Positions 9,045 through 19,418 of a stretch of 42,995 nt of DNA are shown here, piece after piece. The notes below the pieces were generated by a model. The model was not told the origin of the DNA and did not search any database. It saw nothing but the letters and a program-made list of their open reading frames with translations. The translations under genes and the position numbers were made by a program. This DNA comes from Reyranella sp. (lineage in GTDB: Bacteria > Pseudomonadota > Alphaproteobacteria > Reyranellales > Reyranellaceae): NCBI GenBank assembly GCA_030681635.1, contig JAUXRT010000164.1:1-42995 (forward strand), in the 5' to 3' direction. Numbering within the stretch: the first letter of the stretch is position 1; every line of letters begins with the position of its first letter.

Positions 9045-10618
9045 ACTCCGATCCTTCCCCGAAATCGCAGGACCTTGCCCTTCAGGGACGCATCGCGCCG
9101 TGGAATTCCAGCAAGGACTTGGCTGCAAAACGGATTGATGTTCGCGACGATATGGTCCGTGAACAGCGGCCAGAACTTGTTGTAGATCACGTTGACTCCG
9201 ATGAACCGCCGCGGAAGACGGCGACCCTTCGGCCTGGTCTCGGGTTCGATGGAAGCGGCCAACGCGAATAGCCGAGCCACCGTATTCAGGGACTTGGTGT
9301 CGGACGGACTTGCGCTCCGGCCGAGTCGGACGGTTTCTCTCTGGGTCTGAGAAGCCAGGCCAAATTCGAAAATGAACAGGTCCGCCATGCCAACAAGGTC
9401 CGAGAAGGCACCGGTTTTGATGCTTGGATGCGCCTCTGGCAAACCTTTGCACTCGCTCGGGATCAGCACCGAGCCCGTAAAGCCCATGGCCGACCATGCC
9501 TTTGTAAAGCTCGAAACGAGCTCGGCCCTGGATGCGACCAACATCACCGCCGTCGATCGCGGATAGGTAAGGACCTGATCGCAAACGAAAGGCAAGGTGT
9601 GATGCAAGTCATAGGTTAGATCAGAATACAGATGCCAATCGAGGTTGGTCGAGCGATAAGGCTCGGTTGCCGGTTCCATGGCGGCGCTAAGCCCGGCGAC
9701 GAAACGCTCGTAAGATGTGTCGCGATCCAGACGTATCTCTTCGATCTGGACGTCGGGCCACCCCCAGGTATCCGCCTGCGATGGCAAATAAGGCGACGAC
9801 ACATCCCAAATGAATCGATCCTGGTCGTTCATCTTGGTTAGCCGGCCCTTGTTGTTGACCGCGGCGACGCGCGTATGATCACAGTGATAGCCGAACACCT
9901 TGTCGATAAGTGTATCGACACGGCCACGGTACAGCGCCAGGCGCGCAGCGAGATTGGAATCGCAATGCCAGCCGAGCAGCATATCCTCGTCGAAGCCGTG
10001 AATGGTGAACATGTCCTCGCGCAATGCCGCCTGGAAATCGCCCAGCGCGTCATATTTCATGGGCATGAAATTGTGCACGACCTGGTTGAGATGAAAGCGG
10101 ACTGCCCAGTCCCGCAACTTGGTGAGATTGCCCGCCGGATCCCGACGATCGAACGCCGCTTCCCACAGCATCTCCGGCAGCTCGAAGCGCGGGATCTGAT
10201 AGAATCCGTCCGGCAAGTCTCCGAATATCATGCTGAGTGACTCGCCCTCGCGGCGCGGCACTAGTAGCATGTCGGTGTTGGTGTAGAGGATCCAACGATT
10301 CCTCGGGTTTGACCGGCGCAGAGCAATATTGCGGGACTGGGACTCCAGCGCCACCAGATGCGTCTTGGATTTCAGGTGGACATGCTGCTCCGGCCGCACG
10401 CGGAAGATCCGCAGGACCTGCTTCGCTTTGTCGGTGAGCGTGTCCTGAATAGCCTCGGGAAATGTCGGATGATCGTCAGGCGTGTTGTAATCGACGAAAA
10501 GAATCTCGTCGTCCGGATCGGACATGACTTCAGCGATCGCGTTAAAGCTGATCGCCGCTCGCTTGTGGAGATTGTAGCCGTGACTGTCGTTGCGGCCATA
10601 AACTATGACAGAAAACAT
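9041..10618 (-). CDS. Hypothetical protein with a GT-A-fold glycosyltransferase-like N-terminal domain
   Basis: SVIVYGRND, EILFVDYNT, RNIALRRS, WILYTNTDML, HGFDEDM.LGW..D; this order matches GT2/GT7-like motifs. Confidence 0.6.
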   Translation of the reverse strand: MFSVIVYGRNDSHGYNLHKRAAISFNAIAEVMSDPDDEILFVDYNTPDDHPTFPEAIQDTLTDKAKQVLRIFRVRPEQHVHLKSKTHLVALESQSRNIALRRSNPRNRWILYTNTDMLLVPRREGESLSMIFGDLPDGFYQIPRFELPEMLWEAAFDRRDPAGNLTKLRDWAVRFHLNQVVHNFMPMKYDALGDFQAALREDMFTIHGFDEDMLLGWHCDSNLAARLALYRGRVDTLIDKVFGYHCDHTRVAAVNNKGRLTKMNDQDRFIWDVSSPYLPSQADTWGWPDVQIEEIRLDRDTSYERFVAGLSAAMEPATEPYRSTNLDWHLYSDLTYDLHHTLPFVCDQVLTYPRSTAVMLVASRAELVSSFTKAWSAMGFTGSVLIPSECKGLPEAHPSIKTGAFSDLVGMADLFIFEFGLASQTQRETVRLGRSASPSDTKSLNTVARLFALAASIEPETRPKGRRLPRRFIGVNVIYNKFWPLFTDHIVANINPFCSQVLAGIPRRDASLKGKVLRFRGRIGV

Positions 10619-10642
10619 CGGATCCTCGCGTTGACGGCGCAG

Positions 10643-11767
10643 CTAGGAAGGACGCCGGGCCAGTTCGTTGCGCGCCGTCGCATGCTCGATCAGGGACGGC
10701 GGGAAGCGCTCGACCAACTCCTGCCAATACGCTTCAGCTACCTTGCGATCTCGGTCGAAGGCCAACACGCCCAATTGGAATATTGCCTCGGCGTGTCGGT
10801 CGTCAGTGTCCGCCCGTTTAAGGATTTCATCCGGTGTAATGCGACCCGCGTGGAGGGCAAGAAGCGCTCCAGGCCAGCCTCCAATGGAGGGCAGGTCAGC
10901 CAGGTCGGCAGGCATTTCCAACCGGCGCCGCGCCGTCAGGCGGTAGAGATGCCAGTAGGGATCATGGGGCTCCTTTTCGAGCGCCCGGTCCAGCTCGGGC
11001 AATGCCAAGGCCCAATCGGCCATCCGCAGAGCGACGCAGGCACACGCGGCAGCGCGGCCCTGCAGGAGCTCGAATTGCCGCCGCCAGTCGGTGTTCGCTT
11101 CCCCGAGCAAGCCGAGACCGAGCCGGGCAATTGCGCGCCCCCCCAACGCCTCGGCATCATTTGGCCGCGCCTCGACGGCGACACTTAGGGATTCAACCGC
11201 CTCGCTGTAGCGTCCAAGTATAGATAGCGCTTCACCCTTCAATGCCGCGACGGCAGGCAGATCACGCTTGAGTCTGAGAGCTTGATTGTAATTTGCCAGC
11301 GCTGCATCCGGTTGCCCGGACGCCAAAAAGGCGTTGCCACGCGCGATGTAGGGAAGCGTGTTCTTCTTCAGCGACCAGATCACGTTATCGTAGGCCAGCA
11401 CTTCGGCCCTGAAATGACCGCGCTGACGAAGGACAAAATGGCGATCAGGCGCGCCCAGCCGCGTCTCGGCACGAATCCGACGGGCGGCAGCGTATTTCTC
11501 CGCGGCGAGTTCGATGTAGCCGAGGACGTCCAGCGCTTGTCCCAGCCCCTCAAGCGCCTCGTCGAACATCGGCTCCAGGTCGAGCGCCCGTTGATACAGG
11601 GGCATGGCCAGATCGAATGCGCCGACTCGTGCGAGCGCCTGAGCCCGAAAGTATAGCTGGTGAAAATCAGTCTTAACGATCTCTGGCGGGTGTAGCCGAG
11701 GCCTGCTTCGAAGCCAGAATTGGCGCACGGTTGATGGAAGTCTCATAATGATTTCCACACTACTCAT
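10643..11767 (-). CDS. Tetratricopeptide repeat protein
   Basis: Repeated TPR consensus (YQRALDLEP, YNQALRLKRD, AVEARPNDAEA, RALEKEP); ATG 11767 preceded by GGGAG. Confidence 0.85.
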   Translation of the reverse strand: MSSVEIIMRLPSTVRQFWLRSRPRLHPPEIVKTDFHQLYFRAQALARVGAFDLAMPLYQRALDLEPMFDEALEGLGQALDVLGYIELAAEKYAAARRIRAETRLGAPDRHFVLRQRGHFRAEVLAYDNVIWSLKKNTLPYIARGNAFLASGQPDAALANYNQALRLKRDLPAVAALKGEALSILGRYSEAVESLSVAVEARPNDAEALGGRAIARLGLGLLGEANTDWRRQFELLQGRAAACACVALRMADWALALPELDRALEKEPHDPYWHLYRLTARRRLEMPADLADLPSIGGWPGALLALHAGRITPDEILKRADTDDRHAEAIFQLGVLAFDRDRKVAEAYWQELVERFPPSLIEHATARNELARRPS

Positions 11768-12194
11768 CCGCACTCCCAAGGGACCGGCCGGCGACGAAAG
11801 CCGCCCCAACAGCCCCCTCGACGTGCCAAAATCCCATTTCGCGATTCACATCTCCCGTCACCACAAGGCGACCACACAGGCGCGATAGCGTCGGTGGTAA
11901 CGGGAACCCAGTGCGTTTCGCTAACTCAGATGCGCCAAGTCGTCAAGAATCTGAATTCCGGCTCCAAAGAAGCAGTGTGAAGGGCTTTTGGGGGCGTATC
12001 CTGCACACCGTCTCCAGTGCAGTTCTCAATGACTGGACATCAACGAAGTATGCAAGGTACGAACATCCGCTCAGCAGCAATGCTGTGTTCGCCATCAGAA
12101 ATTTCGAGAAGCGCGGGAAAGTCGACCGATTCTTCCCGCTGTCGTGAATTCGGCATCTGAGAGTCATTCCTGCCACGAAATCCTATCAGACATC

Positions 12195-13778
12195 ATGATT
12201 TCCCAGCTGCGACGCCTGTTCCAAAGGCCCCCCAAGCCCGGCACTGAAGAGCCGAAGCTCTGCTTTATCCCTGCAATTGCCGAGGCTCTCCTTCAGCAGG
12301 GCCAGGAGATGTGGGCGGCAAACCCTCACGACATCGCCGAGGCGATTGTGAAAGTGGAAAAATCATGGGCACTCCAACCTTGCCCCGAAGCCGCAATCCA
12401 GCTTGGGGTCATGTATGATCGGGTGAATCGGCACCAGGACTCGCTCGCCATTTACCGCCAGGCGTTTCGTGCCAATCCGAACCATGCGCGCCTGAGGCAC
12501 GAGGCCGGCATCACACTCCTGCGCCACGGCACACCGCACGATACACGAAACTTCTTCGACAGCATCAGGCGACTTGATCCAGATGATGAGTTTGCAAGGT
12601 TTTATTTCATGCTCTCTGACAACTTTGACGACTGGAAACTCTCATTGGCAACCAAGGTTGCACGGCCCGACTCAGGTCCAGCGCCATACTTGATTGTTTG
12701 TCCTGTGTGGGGGGCAGAATTTGCTGAGAACTTTGTCGAACTCTACTGCGCGGCACTACTTGCACCCGGCAATCTGCCGGCACTCGCCAAGGAACATCCC
12801 GTCCACTTCGTCGTCTTCTGTCCAGCGGACATCCAGGAAGCATTGAATGGAGACCCCAGGTTCCAGCCAATCCTCAGCTATGCCCGCGTCCATTTCGTCA
12901 ACTACGCAGATGATCTGACCGATTATAGTTCACGAATGGACAATCACTACGGCAAGGAGCTTGGCCTGTACTACAGGCGCACATGCAAGTTCCTTCTGAT
13001 GTCTACGGCACACTATGTGACGTTAGGTGTCGCTCGCTCGGTTGACGGCTACGTGATCCCCCTAGGAGCAGATGTTCTTTTGAGCGATGGTTCGCTAGGA
13101 AAAATCTCGCGCATCATGAGAAGCGGCGCCGATGTCGTGCTCGTTACAGGCATCCGACTCGGTGAGGAAGTTCGGGAAATCCTCGAAAAGCACTATCGCC
13201 AGAGTGATGGATCGCTTCCGATATCCGAAGCAGAGACCGCGGAACTCTATGTTCATCACATGCTGGACAATTTCTTTGTCCACTCTGAGCATTTTACATC
13301 CATGCCAATCTATCTGTGCTGGAAAGTAGGCAGTACTGGCGTGCTGGCCCATTCCACTCACTATCATCCCACCTGCATTCGCGCCTCGGCGAGTACTCAT
13401 CCCTATGAAATCAGCATCGATCCAGTCGATAGCCGCTTCATGGATCGCGCGGGATTTCCATCCAATCGACTGCACTTTATTCAGGATACATCTATTTCTG
13501 TATTTGCAGTCGAAGCCGACCCATTGATGGGACACGATAGAAATTCTTCCAACATTATGACGCCAAAAGATGTTGGACTATGGTTGTCAGGTCTCTGGGG
13601 CGATATCCGCGCGACGTATCTGCGGATCCCCATAAGGTTCTCCGCCAAGCCTCCCTCCGGCGAATGGGAGAAAGCCGAGGCCGAAGCGCTGATCGTTGTG
13701 GAGGAAATCCTCTCGACTTCGATGGCACTGGAGAGTCGAAATACTCCGCGTAAATCCTGGCGGCTTCCGGCGATTTGA
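12195..13778 (+). CDS. TPR-containing protein with a C-terminal putative glycosyltransferase-like domain
   Basis: N-terminal TPR-like helices (YRQAFRANPNH, RRLDPDD); C-terminal PVWG..F...LLAPGNLPAL...ADVLLSDGSL; lower GC. Start 12195 or 12144. Confidence 0.6.
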   Translation: MISQLRRLFQRPPKPGTEEPKLCFIPAIAEALLQQGQEMWAANPHDIAEAIVKVEKSWALQPCPEAAIQLGVMYDRVNRHQDSLAIYRQAFRANPNHARLRHEAGITLLRHGTPHDTRNFFDSIRRLDPDDEFARFYFMLSDNFDDWKLSLATKVARPDSGPAPYLIVCPVWGAEFAENFVELYCAALLAPGNLPALAKEHPVHFVVFCPADIQEALNGDPRFQPILSYARVHFVNYADDLTDYSSRMDNHYGKELGLYYRRTCKFLLMSTAHYVTLGVARSVDGYVIPLGADVLLSDGSLGKISRIMRSGADVVLVTGIRLGEEVREILEKHYRQSDGSLPISEAETAELYVHHMLDNFFVHSEHFTSMPIYLCWKVGSTGVLAHSTHYHPTCIRASASTHPYEISIDPVDSRFMDRAGFPSNRLHFIQDTSISVFAVEADPLMGHDRNSSNIMTPKDVGLWLSGLWGDIRATYLRIPIRFSAKPPSGEWEKAEAEALIVVEEILSTSMALESRNTPRKSWRLPAI

Positions 13779-13788
13779 GCAGCTCGAT

Positions 13789-15012
13789 CTACAGGTCTGT
13801 CCGTGCCCGCTTTCTGAAGACGCTGTAGTGCGCCGGCTGCCCCCAGAAGGAAACGAAGGACTGATCGGCATTGGCAAATGTTGCCAGTCTTTCCGCATCA
13901 CCATCCGCTGCGAGAGTCGCGCAACGGCTGGCAGAGTCGAGCATAGCCTTTGCTGAACGACGCGCCTCTGCTGATGGGGCGTAGATTGTATTGTCGCGGT
14001 CGATACTCGACTGCAGCCCCACGAAACCCTTTGCAACCGATGTCCAGGCTTGCCGACCGCCCACATCCAACGCCTGATCGACCGCATGAAGAAGCTCGTC
14101 GACCTGACGGCCAACCGCAGCGACGCTGGCGTTGTCGCCGATGCAATAGAGCGTCCGGCCCAGCGCGTGACTGAGCGCGCTGCGTTGCAAATGGCTGTCG
14201 ACTTCCGCTGCAATCGAGCTTGGTGACTCCGGTGCCTTGTGCCACTGCATTCTCAGGTCATCGCGATACCGAGGCCACGACTGATGAAGCTCGAAATCCG
14301 ACTCGGCCATCATTTGGATCAGGCGCGGCGCGTCCAGCGTGAATTGCGAGTGTGTATAGGGATTCTCGAGAACGTCCATGACCCATGAGTTGAACCGCCT
14401 GACATGGGCGATCGCGTCCCATTTGGCGCCATAGAGCCGGCGCGCCGCGTCAGGCCCCTTCTGGCCCGCCATTCGGCGGAATTCACGATAGAGCGCCGCG
14501 TGGAAGACCTCCATGAGAAGGCCCCGGCGTTCATAGTAGAAAAGGATCAGATAACCGTTGGGCCTGACCGCCTGCCGCACGACGTCGATCCACTGCTTCT
14601 CCGGCTTGACGGTGTGGATGAACCCTTCGGCAACGACGATGTCCGCCTGCTCTGCCGGCGCGAACTCCTGGATCGGTTTGTCGTGGAGACCGAGCAACTG
14701 GTTCTCGAGTCCGAAATGGCGGAAATATGCCTGCAGCTGCGGCCACACTGCTGTGTTCGGCTCGACCAGCTCGATCCGGGCACCCCAGCGCGCGAAGGCG
14801 AGCGCATTCTCCCCTGTGTCCGGCCCGAACTCCAGCAGCCGCGCATCCCGGAACATTTCCGGCGGCATCTGCAGCTTCAGCGTGAAGATTCTGGCCCGTT
14901 GCTCACAGAACCGATCGAGGTCTGCCTCGGTCTGCAGCGAGCCGAACGTCGGTGAAATGCCCGAATCGCGATAGTAGGAGTAGAGTTTACCCGCGGGCGG
15001 CGGATTGCTCAT
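13789..15012 (-). CDS. Class I SAM-dependent methyltransferase
   Basis: Likely start ATG 15012, overlapping the upstream TGA (ATGA); LLEFGPDTGEN, LVEPN, DIVVAEGFIH. Confidence 0.82.
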   Translation of the reverse strand: MSNPPPAGKLYSYYRDSGISPTFGSLQTEADLDRFCEQRARIFTLKLQMPPEMFRDARLLEFGPDTGENALAFARWGARIELVEPNTAVWPQLQAYFRHFGLENQLLGLHDKPIQEFAPAEQADIVVAEGFIHTVKPEKQWIDVVRQAVRPNGYLILFYYERRGLLMEVFHAALYREFRRMAGQKGPDAARRLYGAKWDAIAHVRRFNSWVMDVLENPYTHSQFTLDAPRLIQMMAESDFELHQSWPRYRDDLRMQWHKAPESPSSIAAEVDSHLQRSALSHALGRTLYCIGDNASVAAVGRQVDELLHAVDQALDVGGRQAWTSVAKGFVGLQSSIDRDNTIYAPSAEARRSAKAMLDSASRCATLAADGDAERLATFANADQSFVSFWGQPAHYSVFRKRARTDL

Positions 15013-16232
15013 GATGCGCTTTCGCGATCGAGCAGCGCCGATACGCGATCCAGTTCCGAGTGGATATCCGCGGGCGACAGACTGGTGAAGATGTGCGCGG
15101 CGGCACCGGCCAGATCCCGAACCTTGGCGGCCACTTTCGTCTCGTGTTCGTTGTTCACCGCCAACAGACAGAGAAACGGCCGCCCCTCCTGTGCGAGCGC
15201 CGCAGACGACCGGACGGGTATTCCAGTGCCCGGCATGAAAAGCCCCTGCCGCTCCACCTGATCGTCCACTGAATAGTCGATCAGGCTCTTGAGATCTCCT
15301 GAATTGGTCAAGGTGCACGCTCGATTGCCCGCACCGTAGAGCACCACGCCAAACCCCGCATCGCGTGCCCGGCCAAGAACGGATTTCAGCCTTTTCTGGT
15401 ATCCTTCGACGCGCTCGGCAAACTTGTCCGCAACCGCCAGATGCTTTTCGAGATCGAGAGTCGTCCGCTGAACGGCGCCGCGTCGTGCCGCGACGGCAAT
15501 CGTTCCCCCGGAGAAATTGTATCGCTCGCTTTCGACGACAATGAAGCCAAAGCGCGCCAGGGCGCTTTCGAGCACGGGCGCCGTGAAGGAATTGACGTGC
15601 TCCTCCCAAAGCATCGTGGCGTCGCCACTCCGCATGCCCTGCTCGACATCGGGCACGTCGACGAACAGGACGCCCTGTGGCGCAAGCAGCAGGTCCACAC
15701 ACTTGAAGAAGCCAGGAATATCCAGCAGGTGCTCGAGCACCTGCCGCACCACGATGGTATCGAACTTCCCGTGCTTGACCACAAGATCGGCCGCGAGCGC
15801 CGGCGTCAGCATCTCATTAACGATCGGAAGGCCGCCCGTGCGCGCCTGCTCGGTCGCCAGGCGATTGGGCTCGATGCCGAGCAGCGGACCGAAGCCGTTC
15901 TTGCGGGCTTCCATCAGGAACAGGCCATCGTTGCTGCCGATCTCCAGCATCGATTTTCCCGGGAAAGTGCGCGAAATCATCGCGAACTCCGCAGCGATAT
16001 GCGGCTGCGGCTTCCAGCTGGAGAAGCAGAAGTTGAAATCCCGATAGAGTTCCTCGGGATCGATCGGGTCCGCGATCTGCATCAACCCGCAGTCACGGCA
16101 CACGATGTTGTGGAACGGATAGCGCTGATCTGCCTCGTCCCGCTGCTTGCGCATACGGTGGGCGATCGGCATGGCGCCCAGGTCGATGGCGTCGGTCAGG
16201 TTCCGGCTGGAACAGAGGCGGCAGGTTTTCAT
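15009..16232 (-). CDS. NDP-sugar C-methyltransferase family (Zn-binding, TcaB9/EryBIII-like)
   Basis: CRLC...CRDC Zn site, LEIGSNDG, WEEH, YGAG, DD...QGLFMPG. Confidence 0.88.
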   Translation of the reverse strand: MKTCRLCSSRNLTDAIDLGAMPIAHRMRKQRDEADQRYPFHNIVCRDCGLMQIADPIDPEELYRDFNFCFSSWKPQPHIAAEFAMISRTFPGKSMLEIGSNDGLFLMEARKNGFGPLLGIEPNRLATEQARTGGLPIVNEMLTPALAADLVVKHGKFDTIVVRQVLEHLLDIPGFFKCVDLLLAPQGVLFVDVPDVEQGMRSGDATMLWEEHVNSFTAPVLESALARFGFIVVESERYNFSGGTIAVAARRGAVQRTTLDLEKHLAVADKFAERVEGYQKRLKSVLGRARDAGFGVVLYGAGNRACTLTNSGDLKSLIDYSVDDQVERQGLFMPGTGIPVRSSAALAQEGRPFLCLLAVNNEHETKVAAKVRDLAGAAAHIFTSLSPADIHSELDRVSALLDRESAS

Positions 16233-16616
16233 TTTGAATCACACAGGCTGTGCATGTAAGCGTCGGGCTGGAAAGCGTTCTTGCTGCATGGAAGCCGGGG
16301 AATGCGCCCCATCTGGACTGGGAACAAGCAATCGGAGACCGCCTTGCGCAAAGCGACCCGATCGCCTTCGATCAAAAGCATGTTAAACACTGCAAAATCA
16401 ATCCGATAGAAGAAGATCTTCGAGGCCGCCAGAGCCGACAACTTCACACGCATGCCGGGTTGGCGTACAGGGAGGACGCATTGATGTCCATGGCAGGAAG
16501 CCTAATAGACGAAGAATCCTTACTCCGCACTAGGCCGCATCGGCCGAAATTCGGGCGTGAAAACGTATCTTCCACATGGGGTGGACCAGACCGGCCCGGG
16601 AATTCCTGAGACCGCT

Positions 16617-17705
16617 ATGGCGGGCCCTCCCCCCATCGTTCGCGTAGGCCTCTGCGGCTATGGTCTGGCCGGCAAGACGTTCCATGCGCCGCTGATCCAG
16701 GCGGTGCCGGGTCTCGAGCTCGTGGCGGTTGCGTCGAGCGATGCCGCGAAGGTGCGTGCGGACTTGCCCGATATCGCGGTGGATTTCGATCCCCTGGCGA
16801 TCGCCACGTCCGGACAAGTCGATCTGGTCGTGATCGCCACGCCGAACGACAGCCATGCCTCGATCGCGCGCTCGGCCCTCGCCGCTGGCAAGCACGTGGT
16901 CATCGAAAAGCCGTTCACGGTCGATCTGGCCGAGGCCCGCGAGTTGATCGCCCTGGCCGACCGCCACGGCGTATTCTTGTCGGCGTTCCACAATCGCCGC
17001 TGGGACAGCGACTTTCTGACCGTACGCAAAGCCATCACCGAGGGCCTGGTCGGCAGGGTCACGCATTTCGAGTCGCATTTCGATCGCTTCCGCCCGGAAG
17101 TCTGGGGACGATGGCGCGAGCAGCCGCGCCCGGGGAGCGGCGCGTGGTTCGATATCGGACCGCATCTGGTCGACCAAGCCTTGCAGCTCTTCGGATTGCC
17201 CGAAAGGGTGCAGGGCAATTTCGCGAAACAGCGCAAGGGCGCCGCCACCGACGATTGGGCGCATGTGGTGCTCGATTATCAGGAACGGCGCGTCATCCTG
17301 CATACCGGCTCCTTGACCGCCGGGGGCACAGCGCGCTTCACGGTCCACGGGACCGACGGCAGCCTGGTGAAGCGACTCGCCGATCGCCAGGAACAGCAGT
17401 TGCGCGGCGGCGCCAGGCCGGGAGCCCCGGGCTGGGGAGAGGATCCCGATCCCCTTGTCGCGTTCGACAAGAGAGGCCAGTCGCGCACCTTGCCTGCCGT
17501 CGCCGGCGATCAGCGGCTCTACTACAGGGGGATCGTCGAGGCGCTGAACGGCCGCCTGGAAACCGTGGTGACGCCGCTTCAGGCGCTGGCGGTCATGGCG
17601 GTGCTGGAAGCTGCCGCCCGATCGGCCGCCAAGCATGCCTCGGTCGGGCTTTCCCTCACGCCCGAAGAACGCGCGGCCAATATCCGGCCGACCGACCTTC
17701 TATGA
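16617..17705 (+). CDS. Gfo/Idh/MocA oxidoreductase (YdgJ/IolW-like)
   Basis: GLCGYGLAGKTFHAP, IATPNDSH, HVVIEKP, HNRRWDSDF, DIGPHLVDQ. Confidence 0.92.
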   Translation: MAGPPPIVRVGLCGYGLAGKTFHAPLIQAVPGLELVAVASSDAAKVRADLPDIAVDFDPLAIATSGQVDLVVIATPNDSHASIARSALAAGKHVVIEKPFTVDLAEARELIALADRHGVFLSAFHNRRWDSDFLTVRKAITEGLVGRVTHFESHFDRFRPEVWGRWREQPRPGSGAWFDIGPHLVDQALQLFGLPERVQGNFAKQRKGAATDDWAHVVLDYQERRVILHTGSLTAGGTARFTVHGTDGSLVKRLADRQEQQLRGGARPGAPGWGEDPDPLVAFDKRGQSRTLPAVAGDQRLYYRGIVEALNGRLETVVTPLQALAVMAVLEAAARSAAKHASVGLSLTPEERAANIRPTDLL

Positions 17706-18695
17706 CGTGCGGCCGAGATACTTGAACCAATCGGCGGTGGCGTCGTGGATACGTTCTTTCGTCCACACCGGGGCGTTTCGCCAGTAGTCGATATTCTCCA
17801 ACATGCGCCGCACCCCTTCCTCGAGCGTGATGCGGGGGCTCCAGTTCAACGTCCGTCGGATCAGCGAGGTGTCGGCAAAAGTGCAGTCCGGCTCGCCCGG
17901 CCGTTTCGGAATGTAGGTGACCGGCCCGCCCAGCAGTTCGACCAGGCGGTTGACGCTGTAGGTATTGCCGGAGCCGACGTTCATCGAGAGGCCGACAGCC
18001 TCGCTCTCGGCAGCCGCAACCACCGCCGCCACGACATCCGTCACGAAGGTGAAGTCGCGTGTCTGGGTGCCGTCCCCGACGACGGTATAGGGAATGCCGG
18101 CCAGTTTCTGGGCCAGGAAGACCCCGAAAACCGCGCCATAGGTTCCGCTTGTCCGCGCCCGCGGCCCATAGACGTTGAAGAAGCGCAGCGAGACCGCCGG
18201 CAAGCCGTAGGTCTGGGCCCAATGCAGCACATACTGCTCACCCATCCATTTCGTGAGCGCATAGGGATACATGGGCCGTGGCGGCGCCTGTTCCGGCGTC
18301 GGATAGGCATCGGGAATGCCGTAGCAGGAAGACGAGGCGGCGTAGACCAGGCGCTTCACGCCCGCCGCGCGGCTCGCCTCGAGAACGGAAATCGTCCCGT
18401 CCACATTGGCGCGGTGATAGGGAACGGGCTGCTGGATCGACGGGACGATGTCGGCGAGCGCGGCGAGGTGGAAGACCCAGTCCACGTCCTTGAAGAAAGG
18501 CGCAATGCTGGCGAACTCGGCGACATCCGCGACATGGAACCGGAACGACGGGTTGCGCATGGCCGCCGCCAGGTTGACGTCCGAACCGCAGGCAAGGTTG
18601 TCGATGCCGATGACGGAATGGCCATCCGCCAGCAGCCGGTCGACGAGATGGCTACCGATGAAACCGGCGGCCCCCGTAACAAGTGCACGTGCCAT
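17700..18695 (-). CDS. NAD-dependent epimerase/dehydratase (UDP-glucose 4-epimerase-like extended SDR)
   Basis: TGAAGFIGSH, HLAALADIVPS, ASSSCYG, YALTK, RFFNVYGPR, RDFTFV. Confidence 0.92.
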   Translation of the reverse strand: MARALVTGAAGFIGSHLVDRLLADGHSVIGIDNLACGSDVNLAAAMRNPSFRFHVADVAEFASIAPFFKDVDWVFHLAALADIVPSIQQPVPYHRANVDGTISVLEASRAAGVKRLVYAASSSCYGIPDAYPTPEQAPPRPMYPYALTKWMGEQYVLHWAQTYGLPAVSLRFFNVYGPRARTSGTYGAVFGVFLAQKLAGIPYTVVGDGTQTRDFTFVTDVVAAVVAAAESEAVGLSMNVGSGNTYSVNRLVELLGGPVTYIPKRPGEPDCTFADTSLIRRTLNWSPRITLEEGVRRMLENIDYWRNAPVWTKERIHDATADWFKYLGRTS

Positions 18696-18752
18696 CTTCA
18701 GTCACTCCAGCTTTCAATCGATTCGTGGCCCGGCAGCGCTCCGCCGAGCCGC

Positions 18753-19418
18753 CTATTCGAAGAATATGAAGCCATAGTCGCCACGGTAGCCGGCCTGGCC
18801 CATGATCCATTCCCATGTCTCGATGGAAAGCAGGCTTTCGCAGGTCAGCTGCCAGTACATGAGGTTGGTCTTCTCCTGCTCGTTGCGGAAGGACTCGACC
18901 ATCACATGGTTGCGGGCGCCCCGGCTCACCCGCGCGATCTCGGCGAAAGCCTTGACCGCGCGCTCCACGGGAAGATTGTGCAGGGTGCCGAACGACACCA
19001 CGGCGTCGAAGCTCTTGTCAGCGAAGGGCAGCGCGTCGGCCGTGCCGAGATGCAGCTTCTCCTGGATTTCGGGCTTCGCGTTGTCCAGGGCGTAGGCGGA
19101 AACGTCGAGCCCCTCGATGACAAGGCCGGGCACGACCTGGCTCAGTTCGTAGAGCAGGAAGCCCTTGCCGCAGCCGACATCGAGCAGGCGCTCGCCGGCC
19201 TTGAGGCCGTAATGGGCCGCCAGGCGCTCCGCCAAAGGCCGCCACCGGCCGTCATAGCGATAGCCGCCGTAGCCGAACTGCCTCGGGCCATCCCAGTAAT
19301 CGGCCCCGAACTGCTTGGCGACAACCGCGCACTCGGTCTTGTCGTATTGCGTGACGCGGCCGACATAGTCGCGCTTCGTCTTCGAGTGCATGTCCTGCAG
19401 GAAATCGATTCGGGCCAT
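18753..19418 (-). CDS. Class I SAM-dependent methyltransferase
   Basis: YWDG.R..GYGGYRYDGRW, LLDVGCGKGFL, LPFADKSFD, TLHNL. Confidence 0.9.
   Translation of the reverse strand: MARIDFLQDMHSKTKRDYVGRVTQYDKTECAVVAKQFGADYWDGPRQFGYGGYRYDGRWRPLAERLAAHYGLKAGERLLDVGCGKGFLLYELSQVVPGLVIEGLDVSAYALDNAKPEIQEKLHLGTADALPFADKSFDAVVSFGTLHNLPVERAVKAFAEIARVSRGARNHVMVESFRNEQEKTNLMYWQLTCESLLSIETWEWIMGQAGYRGDYGFIFFE

Noticed and set aside
11805-11832. TGGCACG on the minus strand as a possible sigma-54 promoter
   Set aside because: No TTGC -12 element at the required spacing.
11911-12176. Short ORFs between the two divergent TPR genes
   Set aside because: No motifs and atypical codon use; probably promoter DNA.
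15013-15702. Long N-terminal extensions in the ORF track (13789-15702, 19815-21392, 22820-24271, 2180-3364)
   Set aside because: The extensions are off-frame or antisense overlaps of neighbouring genes. Better starts with coupled stop/start codons or an RBS lie downstream, so these are not fusions.
16229-16609. Small ORFs (74 aa minus, 119 aa plus) in the intergenic gap
   Set aside because: No recognisable domain; most likely a divergent promoter region, although the 74-aa ORF's stop overlaps the next start so it cannot be fully excluded.
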